Assembly: GCA_013265495.1 (NCBI GenBank)
Contig: MU058591.1
Coordinates: 124,001-188,000 of the forward strand
Length of the DNA: 64,000 bases
Origin: Vicugna vicugna
Taxonomy: Eukaryota
Reading direction: 5' to 3'
Shown here in pieces: positions 15,036-28,560 of this stretch. The position numbers and the translations under genes are program-made. The notes below the pieces were generated by a model. It was not told where the DNA came from and did no database searches. It worked only from the letters and a program-made list of their open reading frames with translations. How positions within the stretch are numbered: the first letter of the stretch is position 1; every line of letters starts with the position of its first letter.

Positions 15036-18000
15036 AAAAACCCCAAAAAGGACAAATTAAACAACTAAGAGTTAAACCAAACTAGAGACATCAGAAATTG
15101 GCAAAACAAACAAACAAACAAACAAACAGTGTGTACATCTATATAACCCCTAAAGGGGTTTCAAACTAGAAAAAGAAAATCTGTTCATAACTTAAACCCC
15201 AATCCAAAAACATTTTTAAATTTCATTTAAGAATTCCAAGAACATTGCAGCACTTAAGGAAGATTTTATTTAAAACGAGAGTTGATTTTAAGTTATCTTT
15301 AATGAATAAACCAGTTAACAGGGAGAACAGTCACATATATGGAAATGCTGAGCCATTGAATTTAACTAGTAAGAAGTGTCAGTGTTCTGTAGTTAAGTTC
15401 ATTTTCCACAAGGCATGGAATTCCATCCTTAGAACACTTGAATGTTCTCCAAGCACAATCCAATAGTATTCGCTGTTCAGTTTCACGCCTGCAACGTTAC
15501 AGAGAAGGCACAGTGAAAAACTGTGTAACAGATAGAGAGGGCTGTGGTTTTAATTTGAAATGATACCCAACCATCATAAATGAGCCCATCAGCACCATCT
15601 GCTCCTCCAGGGAAAGTTGTGAATTATTGCAGTTCTGAGCGGAGTTAGTTCTCCCTCATGATAGCAGAAGGTAAGTGGCTGTGAGAAGCATTCAGGGAGC
15701 TCATGCTTGTTTTTTAGGCTGGTGATTTTTCTGCTAGCAGTACAAGTTTGTGAACTCATTCGTGCTGATTAGCAGAGGGACCGCTAAGGACCTCAAACAG
15801 CCTGGGAGCAAAACACAACACAGAGCAGAACTTTCCTCCTTCTCCTCCCCAGCTTTCTACACAAAACACTTCCAAACAAATGTCTCTACCAAGATCTAAC
15901 ATACCACCTAAACATATAGCGGCAGTGCCAGGTGGTATTTGTATAGTGTTTAGCCCAACATAGTACACATGAAACCATGTAAAGTGAACACTATTATAAT
16001 ATTTATTCTTTCCTCAGCATCTAAGTGGGAAGAAATTAAAGTGCTCTCCAGGTAAAGGGATGCAACATTAAAAAATTTTTCAAATACAGTTATATAACAG
16101 TGAATCACTGAAATTAATAGTTACTAAGAAAATTACACAAAAATTATGAATTACGATTTGGAGAGACATTGGTCATCCAGATTTAACCTAAGGAGATAAT
16201 GGCATTGAGCAAGATACTCAGTTTCACTGAACACGTTGTTGTATCTCTAATGCCAAAGCAGACGTGACGATGCCAAGAGCTCTCCAGAGAAAACCCAATT
16301 AGCCTCTGCATCAGGAAGGAGTCAGTGCATCATTTCACTGTGCAGAAACAGGAACTTCCATTTAGTATTTTACTGCAGTACAAACTCATAATTTCTTTTT
16401 GTTCTGTACATCTCGGAGCAGAATCTTAAAACTGAACTCGAACTTGGCAAGTCTAAAGAGCCAAGTTAAAAACAGGCTTGCCAAATCTTCACAACATTAG
16501 GGGACTCAAAGAATTTTTTAGATGTGGCAATCAGCCACCTTCTTTTTCCAGGGAAAAGTTTACAAAGTACATGTTATGATCACAGGTCACGTTAATACCA
16601 ACTGTCTCTCTGTGATAGTCTGATTCTTCTAAGAGAACAAAATAATTTATTTTGTGTATATGTAAGAATATATATACACACATATGTAATGCATATAAAT
16701 ATACACTTACTATAAAATTAGCTAAGACAGTCTGTCCATTAAACTATACATGGGTAACACATTATATCTCTGGAAACTTTCACTTTATAGCTATTAAATC
16801 TTGAACAAAATACATCCTTTATCTTACTCTCACTTTTTAAAAATCTATAAAATAACAATAACCTACCTCAAAAAGATTTTCTAAATATTGAATGAATTAA
16901 TAGAGGCAAAATATTTAGATTAGTGCTCGGAAGAAAATAAATTTTCAGGATTTTTAGCTAAATGGTTTTATATGTGCTAAGCACTGTGTTAAGCATGGGA
17001 AAAACCGTGGTATAATAAGACTCGTGGACACCCTTGCTTCTCAAAACTTAGAATTAAATATTAACACCAACAATAGTTACACATTATTATAGTTATTCAT
17101 TTAGTAATAAATACTATTTGGATACAAACTATGTAACAAGGGACACATTATGAAAACATAGCAGCCACTAGTGCCTTACAGTTTTGTGTACGTGCATATG
17201 TGTGCAGGGCTGCCCGGATACAGATCACAAAGGTAAAGCATCCTGCGTACAGTGCAGGCAGTGATGCTGTAGTGTACAGAAGGGAAAGTCCGAGTTCCAT
17301 CCATCTGAAAAGGGGAAAAAATAAGGAGAGTGAAGAGATGGACAGTGCTCTAACTTAACTTCTAAACAGGGCCATGGTAGGTCTGTGTAGCCTTTAAGAT
17401 CATGAGATTTTTAAGCAAAAATTGTAAGGTGACCATGAGGGAATTACAAAAAAGGATGTTTCTATTGGAATTGTAGTTCCTGAAGCAAAACAGTAAAATT
17501 CCCATGACGACATGAGAAAAGATTGAGGAAAATCACAAAAGAACGAAGAACTCACGTACTGTCACAGCAGCAAAATCCTTCTGTTTTAACAAATTCACTT
17601 TTTCTCTGTGAAAATTAGAGGAAATCTACTTGAGATGTGGGAGGAGGGGATCGGTTAGGCTGAATTAGGTAAGCATTTTGTTAAATAAAGTGAACACATT
17701 AAACTGACATTCTGCACACACAAGCCTATTTCCTGACACAGCAAATGATGATTTCCCGCATAAATGATGAAATTCTCATTTTATTTACTTAGTAGTTTGT
17801 TCTGAGGCATTTTGCAAACTGTGTCTAGTTCTTTTTAAGAAATCTCTTGGCTAGTTTAAAAACATTGAACGTATACGACTGAGAAAAAAGAAAAACCTAG
17901 TTACCTATATGGACTGAGTAATTTTTTAATTCACATACAAGTGTGCTTATATGTTCTTAATTGTGAAATGGACCTGAGCCCTGGTGCTCAGAGGTGCTCT

Positions 18001-19671
18001 GGAAACACAAGCTAATGAGTCTTGGGAGAGCAATGTAAGAGATTATGTTTTAAAGTGTTAGATCAAATGAACACATGTTCATTTCCTTCTTATCCGGGGG
18101 TGGCATTCAGATGCCCAACTGCAGATTTATTTTCTTTTTTCACAGACAAGGCATTTGGCTTCCTACTCAACTGCTTACTTGGGAAGACTGAGGATTTGGC
18201 AGCTATAGCCATTTTCCATCAACAGAAATAAATAAAGTGTAAGTTCTAGGATGAGTCTTTGAAAAAACACTAAACAAAACTTCTTTTTGTTCTTCCACCA
18301 TACACATATGGATCACTGGAAGAAGAAAGTGTTTTCCTTCTGTCTCTAATTAAGCTTTCATGCATCCCTGGCTCCCATTAAGCTAGAAAAGTGGAGGGTC
18401 TGTATAAATGAGATTACATATAGGAAAGTGCTTGGAAAATGCAAAGCATTATGCAATTCTAAGGCACAAACACTAATGTAAATATCATAGGTTGTTCCAT
18501 CTTTTCCATGAAATCATCACTATCTATCTTAACATGCAACATAACCACCTTCTTTTAAATCACCCTGCTGTAGTCTTGCTAGTCATTCTGCAAAACAAAG
18601 CATGCCTTTCACACCACCAAGAATGTGCTCAAACCACTCCATCAATGTGGAGAATTTCTCTCCCTCCTTTGCTTATGTATCTTCTCACTCGCTTATTGGA
18701 AAACACTTAATTGATCACCTACTATCTACCAGACACTGCTCTGTGTCCTAGAATATAGAAATGAAAGGGACAGAAATATTTCTCCCTGGAAAGCGTAATT
18801 TGTTTGTTTGTTTGTTTCCCTACTATTCGAGAAAAAAAAATGCCAGAGGAGGGGGTGTCACCAGCTAGCAGACTGGGCCATGGTGAACTGAGGGAGAGTG
18901 GTGAAACCATAAGAATTTGCAATGCTAAGTTAATTCTACCACGTGGGGAGCCTGGATGCCGTAGTAAGGATTCCATTATAAATGCAATGGAAATCTACTG
19001 GAGGGTATTAAGCAACAGAGAATAATAGCCTGATTTATGTTTTTATAAAACTATTCTTTATCTACAGTCACTCCCCTTAGACTCAGGGAACAAGAATCCA
19101 CTACCCTGACCCCCATCACTTGGAAAACTGTGTATGTCACAAACACAAAACAACACATTTCTTAAAGAAAATATGGGCAGGACGGACAGGACAGGATGAG
19201 CAGCACTAGCACAGAACAGCGTGTAGCCACAAATACCTACTCTTGAGACAAATAATATTTAGACCCCAGGGCAGTGCTTCTCCATATCTCTTGCCTTATG
19301 TCCTTAAGACTTAGGAGGACTGTGTTTTAATGCCATAAATTTGTGAGCTGTACCTCTGTCAAAGGTCAGAAACAGACACCGCTCCAGTGAGCAAGGAGGA
19401 TTTGAGCAGCACGAATAGTTAGGTAAGAGGTAAGACAAGTTATGTACTTGCCACAGGCATTTTCTCAGAGAGCGTGAATACAATAGATCTGTGTATTCTG
19501 AAACATAATTTTCCAGTAGTGTCAAGCATCCATTTCCTTGCATCTCTTTAGAGCCCAATTCATGTTTCTGTGAATACTTGCAAATCAATAACACTATTTA
19601 CAGTCAGGGAATATTTTTACAATTTTAAATATTTCCCTTTCTTTGTGAATTTGTATAAATGCATTATCTAG

Positions 19672-19890
19672 ATCAGGAGGCAGGCCATAACACTATAGCT
19701 CCTGGGCTAAAAAGAGCTTTCTGTTTATATAAAGTTTTATTGGAACATAGTCACAGTCATTTTAAACAAATGTATTTCCTGTGCCTGTTTTTGTGCTACT
19801 GTAGCAAGCTTGAGTCATTGCTACTGAGATTCTACAGCCCCCAAACCCTAAAGTATTTACTACCTAGATCCTTAGAGTAAAAGTTTTCTC
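19672..19890 (+). mobile_element. MER58A-like hAT DNA transposon
   Basis: Contains the characteristic motifs taaagttttattggaacatag and aaacctaaagtatttactacct. Confidence 0.65.
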
Positions 19891-19989
19891 TCATCTACAT
19901 ATGCTGATTGATTCTTCTATTGCCTAGATGTTGCTTAAGAGGTAGTTTAAAAAAAAAGGCTAGCTATGAAGGATCACAGAGTTAATTTC

Positions 19990-21795
19990 CCAAGAGAAGT
20001 AGGAAATCATACCCACATAAATCTTATGTTGTTGGTAGTAACAGCTTTATTCATGACATCCCCAAACTGGAAACCACTCAAATGTCCTCCATCAGTTGAC
20101 GGATGCATGTTAGTTCATCCACGGAATGGAATGGTTCTCAGAAATAAAAGGATGCAGCTTCCACATAAACCCCCAACAGCATGCATGAATTCAAGAATAT
20201 TGTGCTGAGCAGGAAAAAGCAAACCAAAAAGAACACTGATTGTATGATTCCACTTGTTTGAAATTCTGGAATAAGCAAAACTATTTCACATTTAAAAAGT
20301 AGTTCAGTAGTTACCTACAGCCACAGAAATAGGGAAAGGAATTAACAGCCAAAGTGCCTAAAATGGAAAATTCCTAAAAATCTTTGGCTGCAACTCAGGG
20401 ACAAAAGAAGCAGATCTTTGAAGATTGACCTGATTTTATACACAGTGTACCTAATCCCAAGAGAAAAGCAGAGCTGAATTTTGCAAGCAGCTATCTTCTT
20501 TGATGAAAACCCAAAACCAGTTACACCAACATAGGGATGGATAATTTCATTGTCTGTGGGACAAATAGGCCATCTGGAAATATACGTACTCATATATAGT
20601 CTATTGATTTTTTTAAAGATGCCAAGGTAACTTACTGGAGAAATTACAGTTTTGGGTTTTGTTTTTGAAAAAAAAAATGATGCTGGCAAAACTGGACAGG
20701 TATGCAAAAATGAACCTGACTTCTATCGCACACCAAAACTAATTTGCAATGAATCATATAATAATGTTGATACTGACATATTGATCTAGTAATGATTATT
20801 TATTGATAATGAATCAATAAGTAAATAAATACTTGTGTAAATAAATTAAAACTCTTTTAGAAACTGTAAAAAAGAAAAAACTATAGAATTTTAGAAGAAA
20901 ACTTACAGAAAATCTTTGTAGTTTGCCTTAGGCAAACATTTCTTAAATAAAACAGAAAAAAAGCACAAATCTTGAAAAGAAAAAAATTGATAAATTAGAA
21001 TTCATCAAAATGTAAAATTTCAGGTCCTCAAATTTGACACTTAAGCAAATAGACAAACCACAGACTAGAAGAAAGGATTTGCAAAGCACATATGTGATAA
21101 ATGACTTTTATTCAAGGTAAATCAGCACACAAATTTAACATGTTGGTGTGGATGTTTGTGAAATGCAAAATGGAGCAGCCATTTTGGAAAACAGGTTGGC
21201 AGTTTCTCATAAAATTAATTTTATACTTAACCATCCCAGGGAACCAGCCATCCAATTCCTAAGTGTTCCTTAAGAGATGCCTGAAAACACATCTTCATAC
21301 AAAGCTTGTCTGTTAATCCATCCAGCAGCCTTTTTCATAATTATCCCACACTGGAAACAACTTACATGTCTTTCAAGTGATACATGGTTTATCAGTGGTA
21401 CAGCCATGCAATGGAATACTACTCAGCCACAAAAATGAACAGACAATTGATACTGTCAGATAATTGCTATACAGAGAATGCAGATGACTCTTGAAAGCAG
21501 TGATGTGAAAGAATCTGGATCCAAATGGCTACATATTATGTGGTTATATTATTTGTATAACCTTCTGGAAAAGGCATATCTTGGGGGACAGAAGTCAGAT
21601 CAGTGTGTGCTAGAGGCTAGATGTTCAGCTGGATGCTTAATGCAAAAGGAACTTCTTGGACTGATGAAATTATTCCCTCTCTTAATTTTGGTAATGATTA
21701 TATAACTGTTAACATTTGTCAAAATTTATCAAACTCTTCACCTGAAAAGGATCAACTTAACTCTATTAAATTATACCTAATTTAATCTGACAAAA
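19990..21795 (+). mobile_element. Fragmented L1M LINE-1 3' segments
   Basis: ORF 19966-20208 (TALFMTSPNWKPLKCP) resembles the ORF2 C-terminus. Further ORF2/3'UTR motifs run from 20550 to 21795. Probably more than one element. Confidence 0.65.
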
Positions 21796-22749
21796 AAGAA
21801 AAACTGGGTTTAACGGAGCTGAAGGACATGGATTTTTAGGTAGGAAAGGCCAAAAAAAAAAAAGTTCAGGCCATATCAATATGAAATTTCTGAACATTCA
21901 GAATAGTGGGGGGAAAAATGCAAGATTTTCAGAGAGATAGAAAAAAGACCACAAATAAAAGAATGGATGAAAGTCAAATTTATTAAAGGAATCCTGGAAG
22001 CGAAATGTAATGAACTGATGGCTTCAGAACTATGAGGAAATCTTTCAAATGTAGTATTTTCTATACCTAGAAAACTGTCAATCAGAATCTTAAAAAAAGA
22101 AAATTCACTCCTCATGCTACTTTTCAGAAAGCAAATGTAAGATATACTTGATAAAAACAGATACTAACAAATAGAAAGAAAGATATGGGAATAAGGAAAT
22201 AAGGTGCCCAAGTACAGGAAACATGAATGGAATTCTTGGTATAAGCGTAAATGGTGCTCGCAGGATAAAACTTACTCAAAAGATTAAACAATAAATAATA
22301 TAAATTAGAATAGGAAGAAGGGAGGATTCTAGTAGAAATTTGGCAAATAAAAGAATAATAAATAGATTAATTCATATTTGAAACAACCAAAACTTTATTT
22401 TAATCTACCAGAAAATTAGATTATTTTTTAAGAAAACAGAGAATTTAGCAATTAAAAAATTAACGGAGGTAAATTTTAACTCAAGGAAAACCAAATAATT
22501 GTTAATACATGGGGAAATATTTTGTAGTTTAATATATAATTCAATAGCGGCTCCTGATTCCATAGTTACAATAAGGAATATTAAATACTAACTTTAAAAT
22601 ATTCTAAAAGAATTTTCATGAAAAATAAGTTAATCTGAAATTTCTTTGAAAACATAAAAACACCAAAAATTGTCAAGACAATCACAAAAATGGTATATTG
22701 GTTAATAGTTAAATAGCACTTCTAGTCTTCCCCCAAAACCTAGGTAGCA

Positions 22750-22890
22750 CAGTTACATCAGTTTTTTTTCCAGATGAGCAAACTGAGTCACAGATACTAA
22801 CTTCCTTAAGATCGTGCAGGTAGTTAGCAGGGTAGCTGGGCTTTGAACCAGCTGTTGGTTTCTAGAGTCCTTGCTTGTAACTACTGGGCT
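22750..22890 (-). mobile_element. MIR SINE fragment
   Basis: MIR-like string cagatgagcaaactgagtcacaga...taacttccttaagatcgtgcagg...ctgggctttgaacc. Confidence 0.65.
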
Positions 22891-25800
22891 TCACTGGATG
22901 CCCAGTATTGGATGTCAATCGGATGTCACTAATTATAAGGCTGAAATAATTTTTTAAAATGTTGGTGTATTTGTACTTGGAGAGCCAAAAAATAAATCTG
23001 TCCATGAGTATATGCAAACTTGACTAAAGAAGTGTCGTAAATAAATGAGAAATTGATGGACTAATCCCTAACTCGACAAGACTGGATTGGGTGTGCCTTC
23101 CGTATACCCCGCCAACACCCTATAAGCAGTTTGCTCCTTTAGGTCACCCTGAGTTCCTTCTAGCTGGTTTCACCATTCCCTAAGGTATTGTGCTCGACCT
23201 TGTAATTGTATTCACAATTACACATATATTTCCCCTCCTTAAAGAATCATTGTAGGAGATGAATGAATACACTTCCATTCAAGTTGCATTAATGAGAACT
23301 TGGTCCTGTGAACAGCCCTCCAGTTGGGAATCAGAGTCTTTATCTGGGTGGCCTTGTGTCCTGCTAAAGGTGGTGCAGAGTCAGGGAGTTCATTACTAAA
23401 TGTAAAGAGGGAAATAGTTTCGTCACCATTAACTGTCTCCATCACACCCCTTCCTGGACATTCCTCTAATTAACACATTTCAGGCATCATGTCCCTAAGG
23501 AAGCCACTTCTAACCCAACAAACTGGGTTATATAATTCTTCTATATAATACCACCCTATACATTTAAATCTTGCCAACACATGCCATAGTATTTATCAGT
23601 ACCTTCCTTTTTAATCTAGTATCTGGTGGGTCCATAAACATTTACAGTTGAATATATGTCTGAATGGATAAATAATTGATGAGCTGCCTTCATTTTAGAT
23701 GAAGTTCAATAGATTCTTTGCTCATTCCTGCTCATTTTTTTCTGTTAAGTGTGCTGTTTCTTCCCTTTTCCACCTTCCCATCTGTAATGTTAACCTCCCA
23801 TGCAATAACATATATTAAAACTCAAGTTAATGTTAAGACCTATACTTTAATATTTATTAAAATTAAACACAGTAGAGTGCTAAATAGTGTAATATTGGCT
23901 AAAATGGGATAGAAATGAATTGATCTTGAGGTTTAAGAAATTATTTTATGGAAGAGGCATTTAGAGCAATTGGAGAGAATTCAGAGAACAATTTGGGCAA
24001 AGGTAACTCTCCAGATACTAATATATTAATCAATTATTTAATGTATTTGTTTTTTCATTAAACATTTATTAAATGCCTAGTACTTGCAAGTACTTAGCCT
24101 ATGTAACAGTTACAGCGGGCCTGTAACCTCTTTTTATATACAGTGAGCACACTATAGAAGATTTTATTAGAGGTTTGGGGAAATTAATATAAAATAAATA
24201 GAAATTCAAAACTTGAAGTGTTTTATCTTCAACTGGAAATCTATGAATCACACATTATTTCTCATTTTAAAAGATTCCTGTCTCTTGGCATCAACAATAA
24301 GTCAGCGTTTTCAGGTTGTACCAATTGTTTTATAGCTTTTGCAGCAACTGCAAAGGACATCATTGACAGGCTTTCAAATATATCCCAGACCAAAACAATA
24401 AAAATAAATAGAAGAAAACAATATAATCTTTCTGACATTTCCATGAAAATTGAATGTTCTTCTTCTACAAACATATAAGAGCACTTTCATTATTGAATGC
24501 CAAGGATCACATATCCATAAAATACCAAGAGACTTTGCATGTCATTCAATCACACACCTGACAGTCTTCAAGAAAAAACTGCTTTTCACTGAGATGGAAT
24601 GCCTTAATGAGCTAATTACTCAGCTCAAGAAGGTGATTCTACGACATTCCTTGTAGAATTCCTCTGAAATCTACCTACTCTTGCTGTTCATTTACAATAA
24701 ATCATACTACATTATGAATCTAAGTCCAATATTTATTTCAAAATTGGAAATCCTATTTAATAACATTTTCCCTTGTATGGCAGGCTATTGATTTTTATGT
24801 TGTAGTGATTTTAATACTTTAATTCTGAAATATTTCATTCTACTTAGTGAAATATAATTAGCTCTATCACCAGTGCAAAATGTTGATCATCTCTGATAAA
24901 ATATCAAGGTAGAAATCTCCTGAGTCCTATTAGTCATGTTTGTACGTTTTCTAGTCCCCTTTTCAGATTTAAACAATACTGTACTCTTAGAGACATGGAG
25001 GATGGGGACCACGGCTTTTTTTGCAACTTTCTAATCATATTATAAAAGACTTGACATATAAACAGTATTCAGAAAAGAAGGTTAACTAAATAAAATGTTA
25101 GCAATGAACTTAAAAATCTATACAGAATTACCCATAGCTTTGCATGAATCACCCTTTTTGTACTAGAACAAATGAAAATGCACATGGGCAGAGGACACTT
25201 GAGTCTTAATATTGGGGAAGGACGATCAAACATCAACAACAAAGGTGCTAGAAGCAAATCTAAATTTTGAGATCTGAGTTGAAAGAGAAGGGAATATTTT
25301 GTATTAGAGCAGTTGTTTTAAATGGAGTTGTTCTTTCTGGCTCATGCATATGGTTAAGAAAGCATTTGCTATTCATCTGGCTTAAAGGACCATTACCTTT
25401 AACTCATCACTTGTCTCTCATCTGCCTTGACTTTTACAGCAAAACAACCAATACTTATTCTTCAAGCTGTGCTGTCATTTCTCTTTCCCCTCATACATGC
25501 TGCCATTCTTGTCTCATAGTAATGGACCACCTGCTCCACCTAATACCGCAGTCTTAAATGTAGGCAGTAAGACAAAGCTTTAGTGACTTTTCTTCAGCAA
25601 CACCACGCCAGCTCAAGTAGGTTTTTACACTTTCATAAGTGGTTCTCCCTGCATGCTGGGAATATGTTTTGGTCACTGTATCAGTCAGGGTTCTCCAGAG
25701 AAACAGATGTAGGCATAGACATGGATATGTATCTGCAATCACATGATCATAGCTCACAATCACATGATCCACTTCCTTAAAATTTTAAGTAGGCACTTAA

Positions 25801-28379
25801 TACTTGTTAAATTAAGAAATAAATCTAAGCTGTTAAGCTCTACTTAAAAAAAAAAAATTGGTCTATTTCAGTGTTTAAAAGACAATAGTTCTGCACCGTA
25901 GGCAGACTAGCAGGGTCAGGCTGATACAATAGGTTTAGTCACAAAGTATATAAGCAACAAAAGATTGATTAATAAAGCCAGATTGCTACGTTTCAGGGTG
26001 TAAATCGTCACCTTAGTGAAGAATGAGAGGAGCATTTGGCCCCTCTGGCAAGCCTGTACTTTCTCTGCAGTGTAGTGTAAATGCTATATACATGCGTATT
26101 GACTGCAGTCTGTGCTCTGTCACAAGTAAACGTTCTACTCACTGCTCCTTTTTAAAATCATCACAGTAAAGACTTAAAATGTGTGCACGCCAAAATAGTG
26201 TATTGTTTTGTGTGTCCAATACTGGTAAAGCCAGGGAAAATCTGATGCACAAAATATATCCTAGCATCAATTTTTTTTAATTTTAACTTTTGAAAGAGTG
26301 GGTGAGAATCCATAACCTGAAACACACACACTTTAGAGAAAAGTTTTTTTTTTAATAATCCAATAACTTTTGATTGTAGTTTCTAAATTTGTTGTTAGAA
26401 AAATTAACCTTTTGATGCAGGATTAAAGAAATGTCAAGAAGCCCATTCCTCATGCTTTTGTAGTTTTTAATTATGCATAACTTGTGTTTTAAACCTTAAA
26501 ACTCATGTTTTTACTTAATTATAATCTTTATTTCAATATCACTTAATGTCTTAACTTGTTTAGGGATTTCTTAGTAAAGTTAATAAGGTAGAAAAATATT
26601 TTCACGGTCACATCATATAAAATAAATATAGAGCTTTAGGTCTATGTCTTAATAGATTTGCTTGCTTTTTTACTTCAAATTGTTGTATTGTCTCATTAAT
26701 AGCTAATTTCATCACTTTCAACAATCCATTTCTGAGGGAAGATGCTATCAATTTCTGCCTGGGGAAAATAAATAAACATAAAAACCTTCCAAGGTAAAGA
26801 TGAAGTTGTTCTAAAACAGAGAAATGACTGACAAATAAAGCATTTATCTGGATGATTCATGTAAGAAATACAGTTTCTTTCAAATACCTGAGTAAATCTG
26901 TCTCTTCGCTTATCAGACTAAATTACAATCTCACTTAACTGACCAAAATATAGCTCATGTTCATGTCTTAGGTGTAAGCCCTTAGCTCTATTTTCTTATC
27001 CTCAAGGGTAACCAACATGAAACGTGTTACATATTCTTTTCTAAACATTTTCATATAGTCACATACTCTCAGGTTTTTTAAAAAAGTGTTTATCATTTAT
27101 GGTCTCATTTTTAAAAAGTTTTTACTTTGAGAGGTCTGCAAATGGAAGAATCAACTTCTGCTGAAATACGCATAGAAATGGGGGAAACACTCGCTCCCGC
27201 AAGCCTGGCTTTAACTGCAGGGGTCCCAGCTGTCGTGGCGAAGTCGGTCTTCTTTACCCAGAACTCTCCCTCCTCCATTTGCCCTCTCCCTTTCCCTGCA
27301 GATTTGCCTTTAGCGGGCTGCTGCTGACACCACATTCAGATTTACACCCCTGGGGGAAATGAGGACTTGTGGGAGCAACTAAGAGTAGAATTCCATCCCT
27401 GACAGTTGAAGCAAGGAGACCCAGAATAAAGTCTGAGACTGAGCAGAGACTGCGGGTGAAACCCTGTGTTTAAAAAAAAAAGTCATCAGGAATGCTTCTG
27501 ATTAAGCCAAGAGTTAGAACCAGATACAGACTGGGAAGAGGTCAGGAGCAATCTAGGGAGTGGGGGATGACTGCTTCTTCTAACACATTCGAGCGTTGCA
27601 TCTGTGTGCTCTGCCCAGGGTGAGAAGGATGTGTGCGCGCTGGGACTGCTGAACGGTACAGAGTCAAGGTTAATTTTTATTTCTAATATCCCTCTGTTCC
27701 TGATACGACAGTTACAAGTCAACTCAGTATCACTGTTGCTCTGCAGAAATAATGCCCCACTTTTTCACTGTCCTGAAACTAGTACGAAGGAAAGATTGGC
27801 CAATGCAAAGTGGGTCTGTCACTTTAATTGATCAAGACACTGCATTCCTATAAATAAATCCCAAAACTCATATTAAACCTATATTAGCTTTGGGGAGTAA
27901 GTTGTTCATTGGCTTATACCAAACCTAAAATCAATTACATCCTAGAGTAAATAATGCTTCTTTTAGGATTCCCAAGTGTAAGACCTACATTTTTCCTGTG
28001 TAAAATTTAATCCTGCAGATTTGATCCAATATTCAAGACTACAGAGGCTGTTTTAGATTCTGATTTTGTTACCCAAAATGCTAACTGTCTCTCCTAGCTT
28101 TATGTCATCCACAGTTTTGTAAAGTATATGTATTAACTGGCAGAAAGTTATAGTATAATTGCAGTCATTTCTTTCAGCATAGGATTATCCCCCACATTAT
28201 TTCCCTTATGTGACCTAAACTTTGTTTTAATGGTTTGTTGTATCCTTTCATTAAAACCCTTTTAAGAAGTGATCATTTCCCAAATAATTAAATACATAAT
28301 AAATTAAATATTTATATGTTTTAATCATTCATCTCATAAAAAATGCATCCAGCACTCATAAAGTGTTTAGAAAAAACAA

Positions 28380-28560
28380 ATCATTCGATCCTTACAGCAC
28401 TCTATGTTGTAGGTGTGTATAATTCTTAGCCCATTTTACAAGCAAGAAAACTGAGGTGCAGGGGAGTTAAGCGCTTACCCAAAGTCCCAGAGCTAAGTAG
28501 TTTGCAGAGCTACTTTGGAACCCAGGCTGCCTTTAGAGAGAGTGCATGCTCCTCATCACA
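28380..28560 (-). mobile_element. MIR SINE
   Basis: MIR-like string cccattttacaagcaagaaaactgaggtgcaggggagttaagcgcttacccaaagtcccagagctaag. Confidence 0.75.

Noticed and set aside
15611..15676. Candidate 60-nt exon with a CAG acceptor and a strong AAG|GTAAGT donor
   Set aside because: It has stop codons in all three frames and no partner exons. Such motifs are common by chance, though a non-coding exon cannot be excluded.
24218..24656. Cluster of overlapping short ORFs, possibly a DNA-transposon or exon remnant
   Set aside because: I could not identify any protein motif with confidence.
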